From contig JAADVB010000068.1 in assembly GCA_023334545.1 (NCBI GenBank), positions 1 through 64,000 of the forward strand: a DNA stretch of 64,000 nt, written 5' to 3'. Positions 34,036 to 45,281 of this stretch are shown here, one piece after another; position 1 is the first letter of the stretch; the number at the start of each line of letters is the position of its first letter. The notes under the pieces are model-generated. The model searched no databases, was not told where the DNA came from, and worked only from the letters and a program-made list of their open reading frames with translations. A program made the translations under genes and the position numbers. The DNA comes from Salisapilia sapeloensis CBS 127946. Its lineage: Eukaryota; Protista; Oomycota.

Positions 34036-34956
34036 CTACTTGGCTACGTGACTACAGAAAGCTCTACCAACTGACTGCCGATGCAGTGGTCTCCATATCC
34101 CACCAGAAAGCTGAATTCTGGTCTTCCTGACAACTGCAGGACGCTGTCTTCTCACCTCCTGAACTTCTTTCACAGGTCGAAATGGAAACTACATAAGAGA
34201 CGAATGTTAGTCCTACCACCAAATCATACGCTCTGCCTGCAATACCTTGCTCCTATCCACGATAAAGACATACGTGATGCATGCATCTGGCTCAAACGCC
34301 TTTGCCAATGGATCCGTTGTGCGATGGTTGTACCCTGGGAAGAGTTTAATACGAAACGGTCGACGCTCTTTTAAAACTAGCCCAGCTTTCTTCGCTTGCT
34401 CCTCAATGAGCCAATTCGAGTACGGTGGCTTTGTCTTCAATGACACATGCACTTCCCCTCTTTCCTCTAGTTTCTCTCGAGCACTGATAAAGAAATCCAA
34501 GAGCAAGATACGATTGATATGCACACGTTGCTGACCACTGTGAGGGAAGTTGAAGACGATATAGTGAAAGAATGGAGGAGAGTGAGTAGACGATAGGTCT
34601 TGTAACTTGGTGGCGTCGACGTCATGCAAGACGACAGCGCCAGCCTTGACTACTGCATTAATGCATTCCTCTGCATTGCTGTACTTCATCTTGACCTTGG
34701 ACTCAGAGTCATATGAGGTTGCAACCAAACTTTTGCCAGTACCTCGATGAGCTACGAGGCCCTTTGCAAACGAAAAGTCTATCAGACATAATGAGCTCGT
34801 CATTGCCAGCTACATCTTCTTATTCTTATATATGGTACCTCCATCACCCACAACTAGTACCCACTGTGCTGGCGAGTAGATAGGCTCTTCCTTTTGCTGC
34901 ACACGTTGTCGTTTCTTGCGCTTTGATGCGCTCGAGGTAGACGCCTTCCTCTTCAT
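34036..34956 (-). CDS. DUF2431 / BMT5-like 25S rRNA (uridine-N3) methyltransferase domain protein; multi-exon, 3' end approximate
   Basis: Spliced VLVVGDG|DFSFAKGL, LVATSYDS, VLHDVDATKL, IVFNFPH, LLLDFFISA, GEVHVSLK..PYSNWLI, FPGYNHRTT; basic NLS-like start MKRKASTSSASKRKKRQR. Confidence 0.85.
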
Positions 34957-35205
34957 CGTCGTCGTGACCACCACCTGTCCTCCTACTTTTGACTTGATTT
35001 AAGTATACCACCAGCACACATATATACTTTGATTCGAGCATGTCGAAGACATGTACATGCTTCGAGGCTACGCTATGGACATCGCTCGTAGCACTGTTGG
35101 CTTATAACATAGTGAAAAAGACCGTCTACATCTTCCTGTCTAGTACTTATACTTCAAAATGACTTCCTGCATGGCAACATGTACGAACGGAGTTGTATTC
35201 ATCCT

Positions 35206-36090
35206 TTACTCTACTTTAACATCCACTTCCGCCGTCTCCATATTGTCTGTGGCTTGAGAGTGCAGTTGTTCGACATCCTGAAGTAGTGCCAATGCCTTCT
35301 CTAAGACCAGTGCCGATGACCGAAGGTTATCTTTCGAAGCTTGCATTGTAAATGCTTTCACGGAAGATAAAGTAGCCTCTTTATTCTCTTCCAGGAGCTG
35401 TTCCAAGTGCTCTAGCTGTCTCGAGACACTTGTCAACTTCTTTTCTAAACTCCCATATTGACACTTCATTGCTCCACAGACTTGTGGCAATGATTCAGAA
35501 GGATGGCTGATGTCAATGATACCAGGAGAGTAGATACTATCCGTCGCTTCCATCTCTTTTTTCGAGATAAAAGTATGCAAACGAGCTCTATACGTGCACT
35601 TGCCATCAAACTCGAATCCGTCTAGACTATACAGTGTATCGGCATTATCATGTGGAATGAACTCCACGTGTACAGATAGACGCTGGCTGCTACCAGACAT
35701 GCAAAGGTCGCCATCGTCGAACACCATGTACTTGTATTGCAACGTCACAGGATCGAGCTTCCATCCGTGGAAGATGCCTAATAGTCGACGTTTGGACTCG
35801 GGATCGTCTTCACCAGTTGGGACTAGCGTCACGTTATTGTAGTTGCATACATCCAGCATATAAGCTTGATCGCCAAGCTCTACTGGCGTCGATGCCACAC
35901 AAGTCCGATCTCTAGACAGCGGTCCTCGAGCACCATGTGGCGTTCGGATTGGAATTGGACCTACTGGTACATTGTCTTTTTCGTTGCCTTGTTTGTGAAA
36001 GATCTTGACTTGCGTCCGCTTCGCCTCGATCGTGAAAATGGCGAGGAAGAGCGCCAGGTAGAGCACACTTGGCCGCATGGGATGCTGCAT
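35206..36090 (-). CDS. Secretory MRH (mannose-6-phosphate receptor homology) protein, GNPTG / PRKCSH-like; intronless
   Basis: Signal peptide MRPSVLYLALFLAIFTIEA; YMLDVCNYNNVT, LLGIFHGW, MVFDDGDLC and KCTY follow the MRH pattern; C-terminal coiled-coil. Confidence 0.72.
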   Translation of the reverse strand: MQHPMRPSVLYLALFLAIFTIEAKRTQVKIFHKQGNEKDNVPVGPIPIRTPHGARGPLSRDRTCVASTPVELGDQAYMLDVCNYNNVTLVPTGEDDPESKRRLLGIFHGWKLDPVTLQYKYMVFDDGDLCMSGSSQRLSVHVEFIPHDNADTLYSLDGFEFDGKCTYRARLHTFISKKEMEATDSIYSPGIIDISHPSESLPQVCGAMKCQYGSLEKKLTSVSRQLEHLEQLLEENKEATLSSVKAFTMQASKDNLRSSALVLEKALALLQDVEQLHSQATDNMETAEVDVKVE

Positions 36091-36698
36091 TCGCGTTTGG
36101 GGCGATTTTGACTTGGATTTGTATGTCCTGTAGAACATATTGGTAACAGTAGATGTCTCATGAAGGCATTATCCGAGGTAGACGATAGATCGAGTACTTG
36201 TCTAGGAAGGCATGCTTTATTCAATTATATTGTGCAAGTTCACTACCACATCGACATGCAGAGTTAATCTGCACCCGAGTAGACTGAAGCGGTTTGTCAC
36301 TTTAGTCTCCACTACACGTTTCAACGGTTTCAACGTCCTCTACATCTCCTCATCTCGAACCTTCACTCGCCTTCGAGTCTACCACGATCCCATACATATC
36401 TAAAACGTCGGATGTATACAGTTCTTAGGCTCTTCAATCCAGTCCAAACTCTTTCATGTTCGACTCGTCACTCGAACCGTCGACGAAACATCCTAAAGAT
36501 AGCACAAGTAGGTACATGTCGATACGAAGCACTTTGTTCCTCCAATCTACGTCCTATCTCCTCCACCATGCACACTGCGTCATTCTCGTTATCTTCCATA
36601 TTCCACGACTGGGCGAACATTTTTGAGCTCCAAAATATCCTGTATCAGGCTCCATCCTTCGCTACCTTCGTCACATCTTATACAGTAAGCAAAGGAAG

Positions 36699-38612
36699 AT
36701 GAGTGAAGGAACACGCTCATCGTCCAGTAGAGACCAATCCGATTCCTGTGATGACCAATGCTGCAGCCAGCATCCACGACGGCGTCGATTCTGGCGGAAT
36801 GTCTTCAAGCAATTTAATTTCCCAGTCGACTTAGAGCGACAGCTCCTGCTCCCACTAGCCGATGGTATCGACTGGACACACATGAATATCCTCCCTCGGT
36901 CGTTCATGGAACGCCATCGAGAAGTTTTTTACCTCATCGCAGACCACCAGTATGCATGGTCGGACGATATCGAGCGAGACGTCACACGCACCTTTAGCAT
37001 CTTTAACGAGTCTGATGACATTCTATCTCGACATCAATCTCTCTTTCGAGTTCTGAACGCACTAGCAGAGGCAGAAGGCGGGTACTGTCAAGGTATGAAC
37101 TTCATCGCCGCTCTTTTCCTCGTAGAAGGAGTCGAGGAAGCAGACGCATACGCTCTGTTCTTATATCTCCTACGCAAACGTCATCTCGGTCGCATCTTCC
37201 AGCGTAAATCGACGTATCTAGACGACTACCTGCACCACTTTAGTCGTATGCTCCAGACGGAACTACCAGACTTGCATAGCCATCTTCTAGCACAAGGCTT
37301 TTCGATCCCCATGTACGGCGTCGAGTGGATCACCACTTTGTTCACTTTGTCCTGTAAAACCGAGTTGGCCTGTGCTATCCTCGACATGTTTTTCGTTGGC
37401 ATCCGCGACATCTTTCTTCGTCTAGGTCTTGCGATATTCAAACTCCTTGAACCGAAACTCCTTTGCATGACACTAGAAGACTTTTTACTGGAATTTAAAC
37501 CTCTCGTTCGTCAGATCGATCCGTATCAAGCAGTCTTCCAAGCCCTGACGTTCCATCCGAACCCACTCGTCGGCTCCGAAGACACGACACTCTACCTCTC
37601 TCGCGTCCATACTCAACTGCAGTTGAGTCTAAATACCATAAGCGACTGTCCACTTCCTCCTCGATCCTTTCGCAGACACCACACATTCCCTCCGTACCTC
37701 GTACAAGCCATAGAGGACAATGACTTTCCAGTCGTGTACCATGCATGGCAAGCTCTCGTGCATCGCCGACCGTTCGCATACCATTGCACCGTCCTATCGA
37801 ACGAGATACTGCACTTTAGTGTCTGGTTCGGTCGCACTTCACTTGCTGTCTTCGCCATCGAACGGTGTGGCGCCGACGTGAACAATATGGACGACTGGAA
37901 CCTCACGCCACTACACTTTGCTGCCATTCGCAATCAACCAGACGCGATACGACTGCTTCTGTGCTATGGAGCTGACGATCTCGTGTCTGGTGGGACGTGG
38001 GACCGGAGTCTAGAAGGACTCACGCCATTGGAAACGTGTGAGAACTGGCGCTTTAATGACACCACAGCCGCCAAGTTCGTCCTCGAGCAAAAGATCTGTC
38101 TGTACTGCAACACTCGTATCGAGTGGCTCGACTTTGGTGCAGCCTCATGCTCCCGATGTCGATTCCAGTACTGTGATCGACCGTACGCAGCTTGTATCGC
38201 CAAGCACCATTGTCCAAGTGACTACCACCCGAGACAGCAGTCCCCAGCGTCCTTGCAAGGCGATCCCGAGCGCAGTCTATCGTCCATCGAGTGGAGTCGA
38301 CGCAGTGGTAATAACAGCGCGTCGGACTCTTCTTTCATCTACATTCCGTCTCCCGTGCATGCTTTTTCATGCAACGAAGACGAGGAAAGCGATATCTTTA
38401 GTGACTACGTTCCAGAACGTCAAAGTGTCCTTGAGTTTCCAGACCATCCGACATGGTATTGCAACGCTTCCACTTGTCACTTTGTCTTTGTCTTTTATTC
38501 CCATCGTGGTCATTGCCATACTTGTCAAGGATACTTTTGTTCCTCTCACTTTACGACTTCAACGAAAGTCTGTACGTCCTGTCAAGAACACAAGTACAAG
38601 TACGAAAGATAA
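36699..38612 (+). CDS. TBC (Rab-GAP) protein with ankyrin repeats and two Cys/His-rich Zn-finger-like segments; intronless
   Basis: IERDVTRTF (Arg finger), YCQGMNFI (Gln finger), EWITTLF; ankyrin TPLHFAAIRNQPDAIRLLLCYGAD; CLYC..CSRC..C..C..HHC and C..C..HCHTCQGYFC..KVCTSC. Confidence 0.88.
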   Translation: MSEGTRSSSSRDQSDSCDDQCCSQHPRRRRFWRNVFKQFNFPVDLERQLLLPLADGIDWTHMNILPRSFMERHREVFYLIADHQYAWSDDIERDVTRTFSIFNESDDILSRHQSLFRVLNALAEAEGGYCQGMNFIAALFLVEGVEEADAYALFLYLLRKRHLGRIFQRKSTYLDDYLHHFSRMLQTELPDLHSHLLAQGFSIPMYGVEWITTLFTLSCKTELACAILDMFFVGIRDIFLRLGLAIFKLLEPKLLCMTLEDFLLEFKPLVRQIDPYQAVFQALTFHPNPLVGSEDTTLYLSRVHTQLQLSLNTISDCPLPPRSFRRHHTFPPYLVQAIEDNDFPVVYHAWQALVHRRPFAYHCTVLSNEILHFSVWFGRTSLAVFAIERCGADVNNMDDWNLTPLHFAAIRNQPDAIRLLLCYGADDLVSGGTWDRSLEGLTPLETCENWRFNDTTAAKFVLEQKICLYCNTRIEWLDFGAASCSRCRFQYCDRPYAACIAKHHCPSDYHPRQQSPASLQGDPERSLSSIEWSRRSGNNSASDSSFIYIPSPVHAFSCNEDEESDIFSDYVPERQSVLEFPDHPTWYCNASTCHFVFVFYSHRGHCHTCQGYFCSSHFTTSTKVCTSCQEHKYKYER

Positions 38613-38708
38613 ATAAAATACATGTATACCTACATTTGCAAAGCCTCAAGACAAATTATCGTTATAAAGAAAAAAGAGAAAAACCTACGGACTAGTGTAC
38701 ATGAACGC

Positions 38709-41700
38709 TTAGGCATCCAATATCGATGAGCTCGTGTCATCATTGCTAATTTCGACCGTCTCCACGTCCGACACTTGTCCTGGCGTCGAACTATCGCTCG
38801 GAATCAATGAATCGCCACTTGACATGACGGTCGATAAAAACCTCGAGCGTGCCATGCCTTCATTCGCCTGTCCATGGGCATCGTAATACGCTTGCAATTG
38901 ACTCGCATCAAAGCTTGCGGATTTCGACCGGAATGAACGAAACTTGGCTGGAGAGTACTTGGCGACACCAGCAATCGCGAGCCCTTCCTCCTCACTATCA
39001 TCACTATCCTCCTTCTCAAGCGTCTTATCCTGCAGACGTTTTAGTTCGTGCTCATAGTGTCCAATATTCGTCTGCAGATTATCGTAGCAGACTTGCAAGT
39101 CAGGGAACATGGTGAGCATGAGTTCCCATAGTGGATGCACAATCTTCTGCGCAAAGAAGAGCTGACTATCGACCATTCGAGTCGGATCACTAAGCTGTTC
39201 ATTCGTCACTGGCATGTTCTCCGCACGTTCCAAAAGCGCTTGGAACGCAAACTCTTTCGCGATCAAGTTACTCCACTTGAGTGCCACTGGTTTCTCAAAC
39301 ACTTGACCGCTCAAGTCACTCGCATGCACGACTGTCTTGACGACAAACAGTCGATCTTCCAACGAGCCATGGAAAACCCATCCACTCCGCATCACTCGCT
39401 TCTTACTCGGTGTTACTTGAGGTCGCTCGACCTTCGCTTCTCCCAAACAACTCGGACAGGAACCTCGAGCATTCGACACCAAGTTACTGGACGACTGGAG
39501 GACGCTACCACGCAGGACTCCTCTGATCACTGTCGAACTTTTCGTTCGATCGAGTGCCAAGCGATCTAACTGCGAAGACGAAGCACTCTCCCTACGACTA
39601 TTCGCAAACGACTCGGTCGCGAGGTGTGGTGCAGTCGGTCGAATGACTTTCTCGAGCTCTTGACAGAACTGGAAATGAGACGTCATGTCCGTCCCAAGGA
39701 TCGAGTTAATCACCATCTTCCGGACATGCCGATAGTCTGGTGCACTTAGATGCTCCAAAACATTCCCGTCCTTGGTCTTCATCAAGATCCGGAACGTCGT
39801 CGAGGCATGATGCCGCTCGAGGATGCTGTCATCCGAGTAGAGGACGGCCAAGTGCGACGACGAGTGCATCTCAAACGCATTCGTATGCCCTGGATGATCG
39901 ACGTCGTGACACAACGCAGCGATCATACAAGCAGCTTTATCCAGTGGCTGTAGAATCTCTGCTGCTTCAGTCTTCGTCAGCATCAAATACGACGCATGGG
40001 CGACGGAGAAGGCGTGATAAAAGTTATGGAACGGATTCGGATGATACTGTTCTCGAACCGCATTAATAAAGTTACGAATGACAGGACGAGATGTTCGGAG
40101 GACGACATCCAAATTCAAATCTAAAAACATGTCCTCCAATAGACCAGGCAGACTGTCCACATCGGCATCAAATACGTTAAACTCCCACGACGGAATACGC
40201 GTCGCCTGGACAAAATTCGCAAGCTTGGTCGCGTTTTGTTTCTCGCCATCACTCGGATGACTTGACACGGCCTGAATAGTCTCTTCACCTCCAGAGGGTG
40301 TCGTACCATCACTTGCTTGCTGTACAGCTTTAAACAAGTCGTCTGCATCATCATCTCGAGTACCACCCATGATAGACGGATAGGACGTGTAGCATTCAAG
40401 TAAATTCACTTGACTCTTCGCTCTCTGTGCCAACACTTTCTCCGCTCGTGTATCCGCGAGGAGCTTAATGTACTTGAGTTCATTATGTCGACGACGCAAG
40501 ATGACTGCGACTTCACTCGCGAATGCTTCGAATGCACATTCGTCGTCAAAAGTAAAACTATCCTCATCCTGCTTATTCTGTATCTCTAACACGGCGATCG
40601 GACGAGACGTCTCGCTCGTACCGTGGGAGCCTACTGGAACGTACAAGGCGCTAGATGTCTCTTCACCTGCTACCTGGTCTACGTCCTTATCAAAACGACT
40701 GTCGGATGCTGGATCACTGATGTTGATCGTCTGCCGTGACGTCGCGGCTAGGCCCACCGCGCTGCCGTGGAGAGGTCGACGTGTAGGACTCTGCTGGCCG
40801 TAGGAAGACTGGAGCGCCCACAGCTCATTCGTTTCCCAGTCGACCATGAAGAGCTCGAGTCGATCGGCACGTGTGATATGACTCGCACCGGCGATGACGC
40901 CGTCTACGAGCTTGACGACCGTGTCGTCGCTTTCAGACGAACTGATGATGTGAAGCAAGGCCTTTTGCGTTCGTTCGGAGAGTAAAACGTCGTGGTACTC
41001 AATGCACTTGCGCATACAGGCGCTGAGGACAGGTCCGAGCCACGTGAGGAGCTTCATGTCCAAGTGGTCGAGCTCTGCTAGCGTCGGTTGGCTCGTAGTG
41101 GCTTCCACGACTGCGTAGACCACGTCACTCTCGGTTAACGGGACGCAGTAGAGCTTTTGACCGGCAAACGTCTGCTCTAGATCGACCTCTTCCTCGTACT
41201 GATCGTACGAGGCAAAGTCAGCGTAAAGCTCTGGCTCTTTTGATTCCAGCGCGAGACTCACGAGTCCGCGACCGACATCCATACCAGATGCAGCCGACTT
41301 ACCTCTCGCCACGCGAGACATGACTTTAGTCTGCTGATCGAGGAAGAAGACAGCGCTCGAAGATGCGTGGACGTGGTGCTCGAGATACTCTAGTACGAGC
41401 CCAATCATCTGGACGACGTCGTTTTCCGTCAAGATGCGCTGCACGAGCTCCCAAAATGCTCGGTGCTTGCGTTCTGATACGGCTTCACTCATCTTCCCAC
41501 CGACTTGACGAGGTCGTTCCTCGGTTTCTGTAGATGTAGGCTCTTGCTGGAGTCGATTGCCCTTGTCGGAAGGTAGTGGCGTGGATGCTTGCTCTCGGTG
41601 TAGCGTAGCAGACTTTTGAAACGGGTATGACATGGTGGATACATCTTCCGACGGAGATGTTACATCCGTTTGAGCACCGCTATTCGGACTCGAACCTGCT

Positions 41701-41948
41701 TGCGTGTGTGTGGTGCTATTGGCACTGTCACTCGACTGTAGCTCCATACTGGCGTTCGATTCGATCGTCGAAGACAGTGTCGGTGCGTCGGAATAGGTCT
41801 GTGTTTTCTCCTTCTCCTGTGGTTCGTGTGCGCTGTATCTCGTATCGCTATGATCGTCTTCAGTCGAGTTATTTTCCACTTGAATCGATTCGTAGTGGTT
41901 CATGACAGTCTTGGCCGTCTCCAATGGCTTCGACGTGATATTCCCCAT
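38709..41948 (-). CDS. Class I 3',5'-cyclic nucleotide phosphodiesterase with tandem GAF domains; intronless
   Basis: HNFYHA, LCHDVDHPGHTN, ILERHH, TDM, HASDLS, KEFAFQ and SQLFF catalytic motifs; GAF motifs FDKDVDQ, ALYVPV, NKQDEDSFTFDDE. Start at MGNITSK. Confidence 0.93.
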   Translation of the reverse strand: MGNITSKPLETAKTVMNHYESIQVENNSTEDDHSDTRYSAHEPQEKEKTQTYSDAPTLSSTIESNASMELQSSDSANSTTHTQAGSSPNSGAQTDVTSPSEDVSTMSYPFQKSATLHREQASTPLPSDKGNRLQQEPTSTETEERPRQVGGKMSEAVSERKHRAFWELVQRILTENDVVQMIGLVLEYLEHHVHASSSAVFFLDQQTKVMSRVARGKSAASGMDVGRGLVSLALESKEPELYADFASYDQYEEEVDLEQTFAGQKLYCVPLTESDVVYAVVEATTSQPTLAELDHLDMKLLTWLGPVLSACMRKCIEYHDVLLSERTQKALLHIISSSESDDTVVKLVDGVIAGASHITRADRLELFMVDWETNELWALQSSYGQQSPTRRPLHGSAVGLAATSRQTINISDPASDSRFDKDVDQVAGEETSSALYVPVGSHGTSETSRPIAVLEIQNKQDEDSFTFDDECAFEAFASEVAVILRRRHNELKYIKLLADTRAEKVLAQRAKSQVNLLECYTSYPSIMGGTRDDDADDLFKAVQQASDGTTPSGGEETIQAVSSHPSDGEKQNATKLANFVQATRIPSWEFNVFDADVDSLPGLLEDMFLDLNLDVVLRTSRPVIRNFINAVREQYHPNPFHNFYHAFSVAHASYLMLTKTEAAEILQPLDKAACMIAALCHDVDHPGHTNAFEMHSSSHLAVLYSDDSILERHHASTTFRILMKTKDGNVLEHLSAPDYRHVRKMVINSILGTDMTSHFQFCQELEKVIRPTAPHLATESFANSRRESASSSQLDRLALDRTKSSTVIRGVLRGSVLQSSSNLVSNARGSCPSCLGEAKVERPQVTPSKKRVMRSGWVFHGSLEDRLFVVKTVVHASDLSGQVFEKPVALKWSNLIAKEFAFQALLERAENMPVTNEQLSDPTRMVDSQLFFAQKIVHPLWELMLTMFPDLQVCYDNLQTNIGHYEHELKRLQDKTLEKEDSDDSEEEGLAIAGVAKYSPAKFRSFRSKSASFDASQLQAYYDAHGQANEGMARSRFLSTVMSSGDSLIPSDSSTPGQVSDVETVEISNDDTSSSILDA

Positions 41949-42197
41949 CTTCTCAATTGGAAAAATGAATAAAGCGAAAAGAGACTTGTCACGAGTGTCG
42001 CAGTGATACAAACGGTGTGGACAGAATACGTTGACGTTGGTAGTACTCAAAGGACAAACGTGGTGTTGGCTTTTCCACAATGTCTTTAATAAGCAAGTGG
42101 CAAGTAGATTGAAAACGTGGCTACTAAAGCTGCTGAAATCGATCGAAGACAGGATGAACGATAAAAAAAAGAAAAGAAATGGGACAAATTCTTTCAC

Positions 42198-43204
42198 CTA
42201 GACATGCACATACGTCAAGAGGAGCACGAGCATCGTTGCTGGACTGGGCGTAAAGTCGGAGAGAGACGACCAGTGCGTCGACTCGGCATACAAGAAGTCC
42301 ATACTATGCTTCAACGACGGATGTAGCGTTGAAGCGTGGGTCTCGTAAAGATACATGACGGCTGCCCAAACCTGCAGAGACAAGGTGAGGAGCGAAAGAG
42401 AGTTTACAGGCTCTAGATAACGTACGCCTGCTGCAAAGGCGGGATAGACGTCCTGGAAGCGGATCTGCGCGAACGGACGGATACCTTTGGCGGCTGCGAG
42501 ACGGAAGGAGGCCACGACCACCCGCGCCATGACGTACATGGTAATCTGTTACCACGTTAGACATGCACCCGTTTGTAGATGGGTACAAGGGAAACCTGGT
42601 AGTTGACGCTGCTGTACTTGCCCCAGATAAAGTATCCGGCAATAGCACCGGCGACGGCCGCATGCCATCCTTGGGCCGGTCGACCAGCCGTCGTCACCGC
42701 GTGTGCGTGACGACTGACATGGTCATGCCGCAAGAGCTCTATAATGACCTTGTAGATGGCAACGTAAATCGCGAGACCCTTGGAATGCTCAAATGTCAGT
42801 CGGACGACATTTCGCAGTTTTTCACGCATCGTGCCGTGGCGGAACAAGAAGCTCATGACGAACGCTGTCGCATAGAAATGAGGGAGATGTAGATGTCGTG
42901 TACACGTAAAGGAAAACCATGGGGTGCGCGGATCTTGGTGCCATAGTAGGAGCCGTTCCGAAGGCCGCGGAGGACTGCGAGTGCGCTGTCCATTTCAGAT
43001 TCCGACGTTATATGATATCACTGCGGTACGGTATCGGATATAAATACGCTTCTCATTACTATCTGTACATCCACATCTTCCACAGTCGTACTCGTCTTCA
43101 AGTCTACCTCGTTCTCTGTCCTCATGCGACCTAAACCAGCACGACGCTCGAATATACATTCTACTTGACACAATGGTCTTGTCGTTGTACCTGTTAAGCA
43201 GCAT
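42198..43204 (-). CDS. PXMP4: Peroxisomal membrane protein 4 (PMP24, Tim17 family); multi-exon
   Basis: FRNGSYYGTKIRAPHG, FEHSKGLAIYVAIYK, AGAIAGYFIWG..SSVNYQITMYVMARVV, VWAAVMYLYE..TL..SL..SMDFLY..ST.W. Confidence 0.88.
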
Positions 43205-43485
43205 CTAGGTCATGTTTCTGAATAGGTTCAGAGCCCATCTCAGGTCATGTACCCTCCTGATATCATGATACGTCGCCTATAAAAGCAACTAGCTACCTCT
43301 ACCTAATCTAAATCGTATTTAAAGCTCATCATCTGTATCTACTGCGAAGCTGGTCGAGTACCATCGCCAAGCGTCGCCATCTCCCGCTTCCCACTTGTAC
43401 TTGACTAAAGTATAGTGGAGGAAAGAAAAGAGCAGATTTGGCTTCGTTCGGAAGTGGAAATCGACCGCCGTTTATCCCGCTACGT

Positions 43486-45203
43486 ATGAAGAAGCAGGTC
43501 GTGTACTCGACGAAAAAGGTGCCCAAACGGACGGAGCACACGCCTCCACCTGATGCTGAACAATCGAGTTCAGCCATACCTTCCATGCCGAAGAAAACGA
43601 GCCGTAAAAAGAGTAGACATCAGCTCGTCAAGGGACTTAAACCGTCGAAAGCATTGCTCCAATTCGACTTCCTCACCGTCTCCCAATGCGTCGAGAAGAT
43701 GACTACAGATGACGCTATCGCGACACTACTTACGAATGAACAGGGACAGCTCACAGGCATCCTCACCGACCGCGTATGTGGATTAGAAATAGAGGCACAG
43801 CGTGGTATTCATGATGCATGTAGGACATTGCGTTGAAAGTAGTCGCGGCAGGAAAGGATCCTAAAGTAACGATCGTATCGCACGTCATGACCAAGAACCC
43901 GTCGTGCGTCAAGACCGACACGACCGCCATCGACGCACTGAAGAAGATGATCACCGGCCAATTTCGACACTTGCCAGTCATTGAGAACGAACAGGGTATT
44001 TGTACTATCCTACCATGCTCTACTTTCCTACTAAAAATCATGTATAGTTGTCGGAATACTAGATATCGCCAAGTGTCTGTACGAGTCTATAACGAAGATC
44101 GCTAATGCCTATAACAACGCTGACCATGGTCTCTCCGAAACCGTCAAGAAGGTCACATCCTCTTCTCAACCTCCTCCTCTACCTACTAACCCTCCCTCTA
44201 GCTCGAACGACAGATCCAAGCTTCCTCTGCAGAAAACCTATTCGAAACCTTGCGGCAGAAACTCTTCGTCCCGACGCTCTCCGCTCTTTTAAACGACGAA
44301 TCGGACTGTCCAGTCATGTTCCCCTCCTCTTCTGCCATGGCTGCCGCAGAACTCATGCTCCAGAAGAACATTAGCGCTGTCATGGTCTGTGATCCAACTG
44401 GACGTAGCTTAGGTATCTTCACGACGAAAGACTTGATGCGTCGTGTCGTGTCAGTAGACAAAGATCCTACTTCTGTCATCCTCCTGGACGTTATGACTCC
44501 TAATCCACACTCTGCACAGCTCAAGACGACGATCCTCGAGACACTCCAGTCCATGCACAACGGACGTTTCTTACATGTACCTGTTTACAATGACGAAAAG
44601 GAACTCGTAGGTCTCGTAGATGTCTTACAAGTATCCTACGGCATCGTCCAACAAATGGCAACGTTCCAAACAAAGAACGAGAGCGTTCGTCCGCTCTGGG
44701 ATGAATATAGAAGCAGTCTCGACGCGAGTGATAGCTCCAGTCGTCTCAGTTCATCCCATCACCATAGTCAGCCAGACCTCACGCGTCTTGAAGATCCAAT
44801 TGACGAAGATCCGATTCAAGAACACACACCCGATGTCTTTGTCTACAAGGTCGTCGATTGGTATGGCACGACCCATCGCTTCACGAGTTCTGCGGAAAGC
44901 GTCCAGGAACTCCTTCGAGACGTCCAGACACGTCTTGGAGATCATACGATTCGAAAGATGGATTACGTCGATGATGAAGGCGACCAAGTCCTTCTCTTTA
45001 AAGACGACGACCTGAAGGATGCCGTCCGTCGAGCTCGGACGTGGGGCAACAAGTACATTCGCCTCATGATCCCCCACCGTCGTCTCTACGCGCGTCCGTC
45101 TGGCTTTGAACATGCTGGAGACGGCGTCTTTGGCATCGTCTACTACGCCGCGGCAGCTGCTGCGATCGCAGGTGCATCCTTCTTCCTCAGTCGTCGTAGG
45201 TAG
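43486..45203 (+). CDS. CBS-CBS-PB1 protein with C-terminal membrane anchor (Mug70 / CBSCBSPB type); multi-exon
   Basis: CBS units GQLTGILTDR, VMTKNPSCV..FRHLPV, GIFTTKDLMRRVV, VMTPNP..GRFLHVPV; PB1 YKVVDWYGTTHRF..YVDDEGDQVLLFKDDDLKDAV; hydrophobic C-terminus. Confidence 0.9.
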
Positions 45204-45281
45204 ATGGCAGATAGGAACGGAATACACGTTTGCGTTGCTTTTTCTTTTGTATTATTTTCTTTTCTTTCTCTTTCATCAAGG

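Noticed and set aside
9621-42197. Long N-terminal extensions given by the ORF track (myosin 9621, eIF6 24414, BRE1 30817, 30603, PDE 42197)
   Set aside because: They arise from upstream or non-ATG starts in UTR/intergenic DNA; family homology begins at the downstream ATGs used here.
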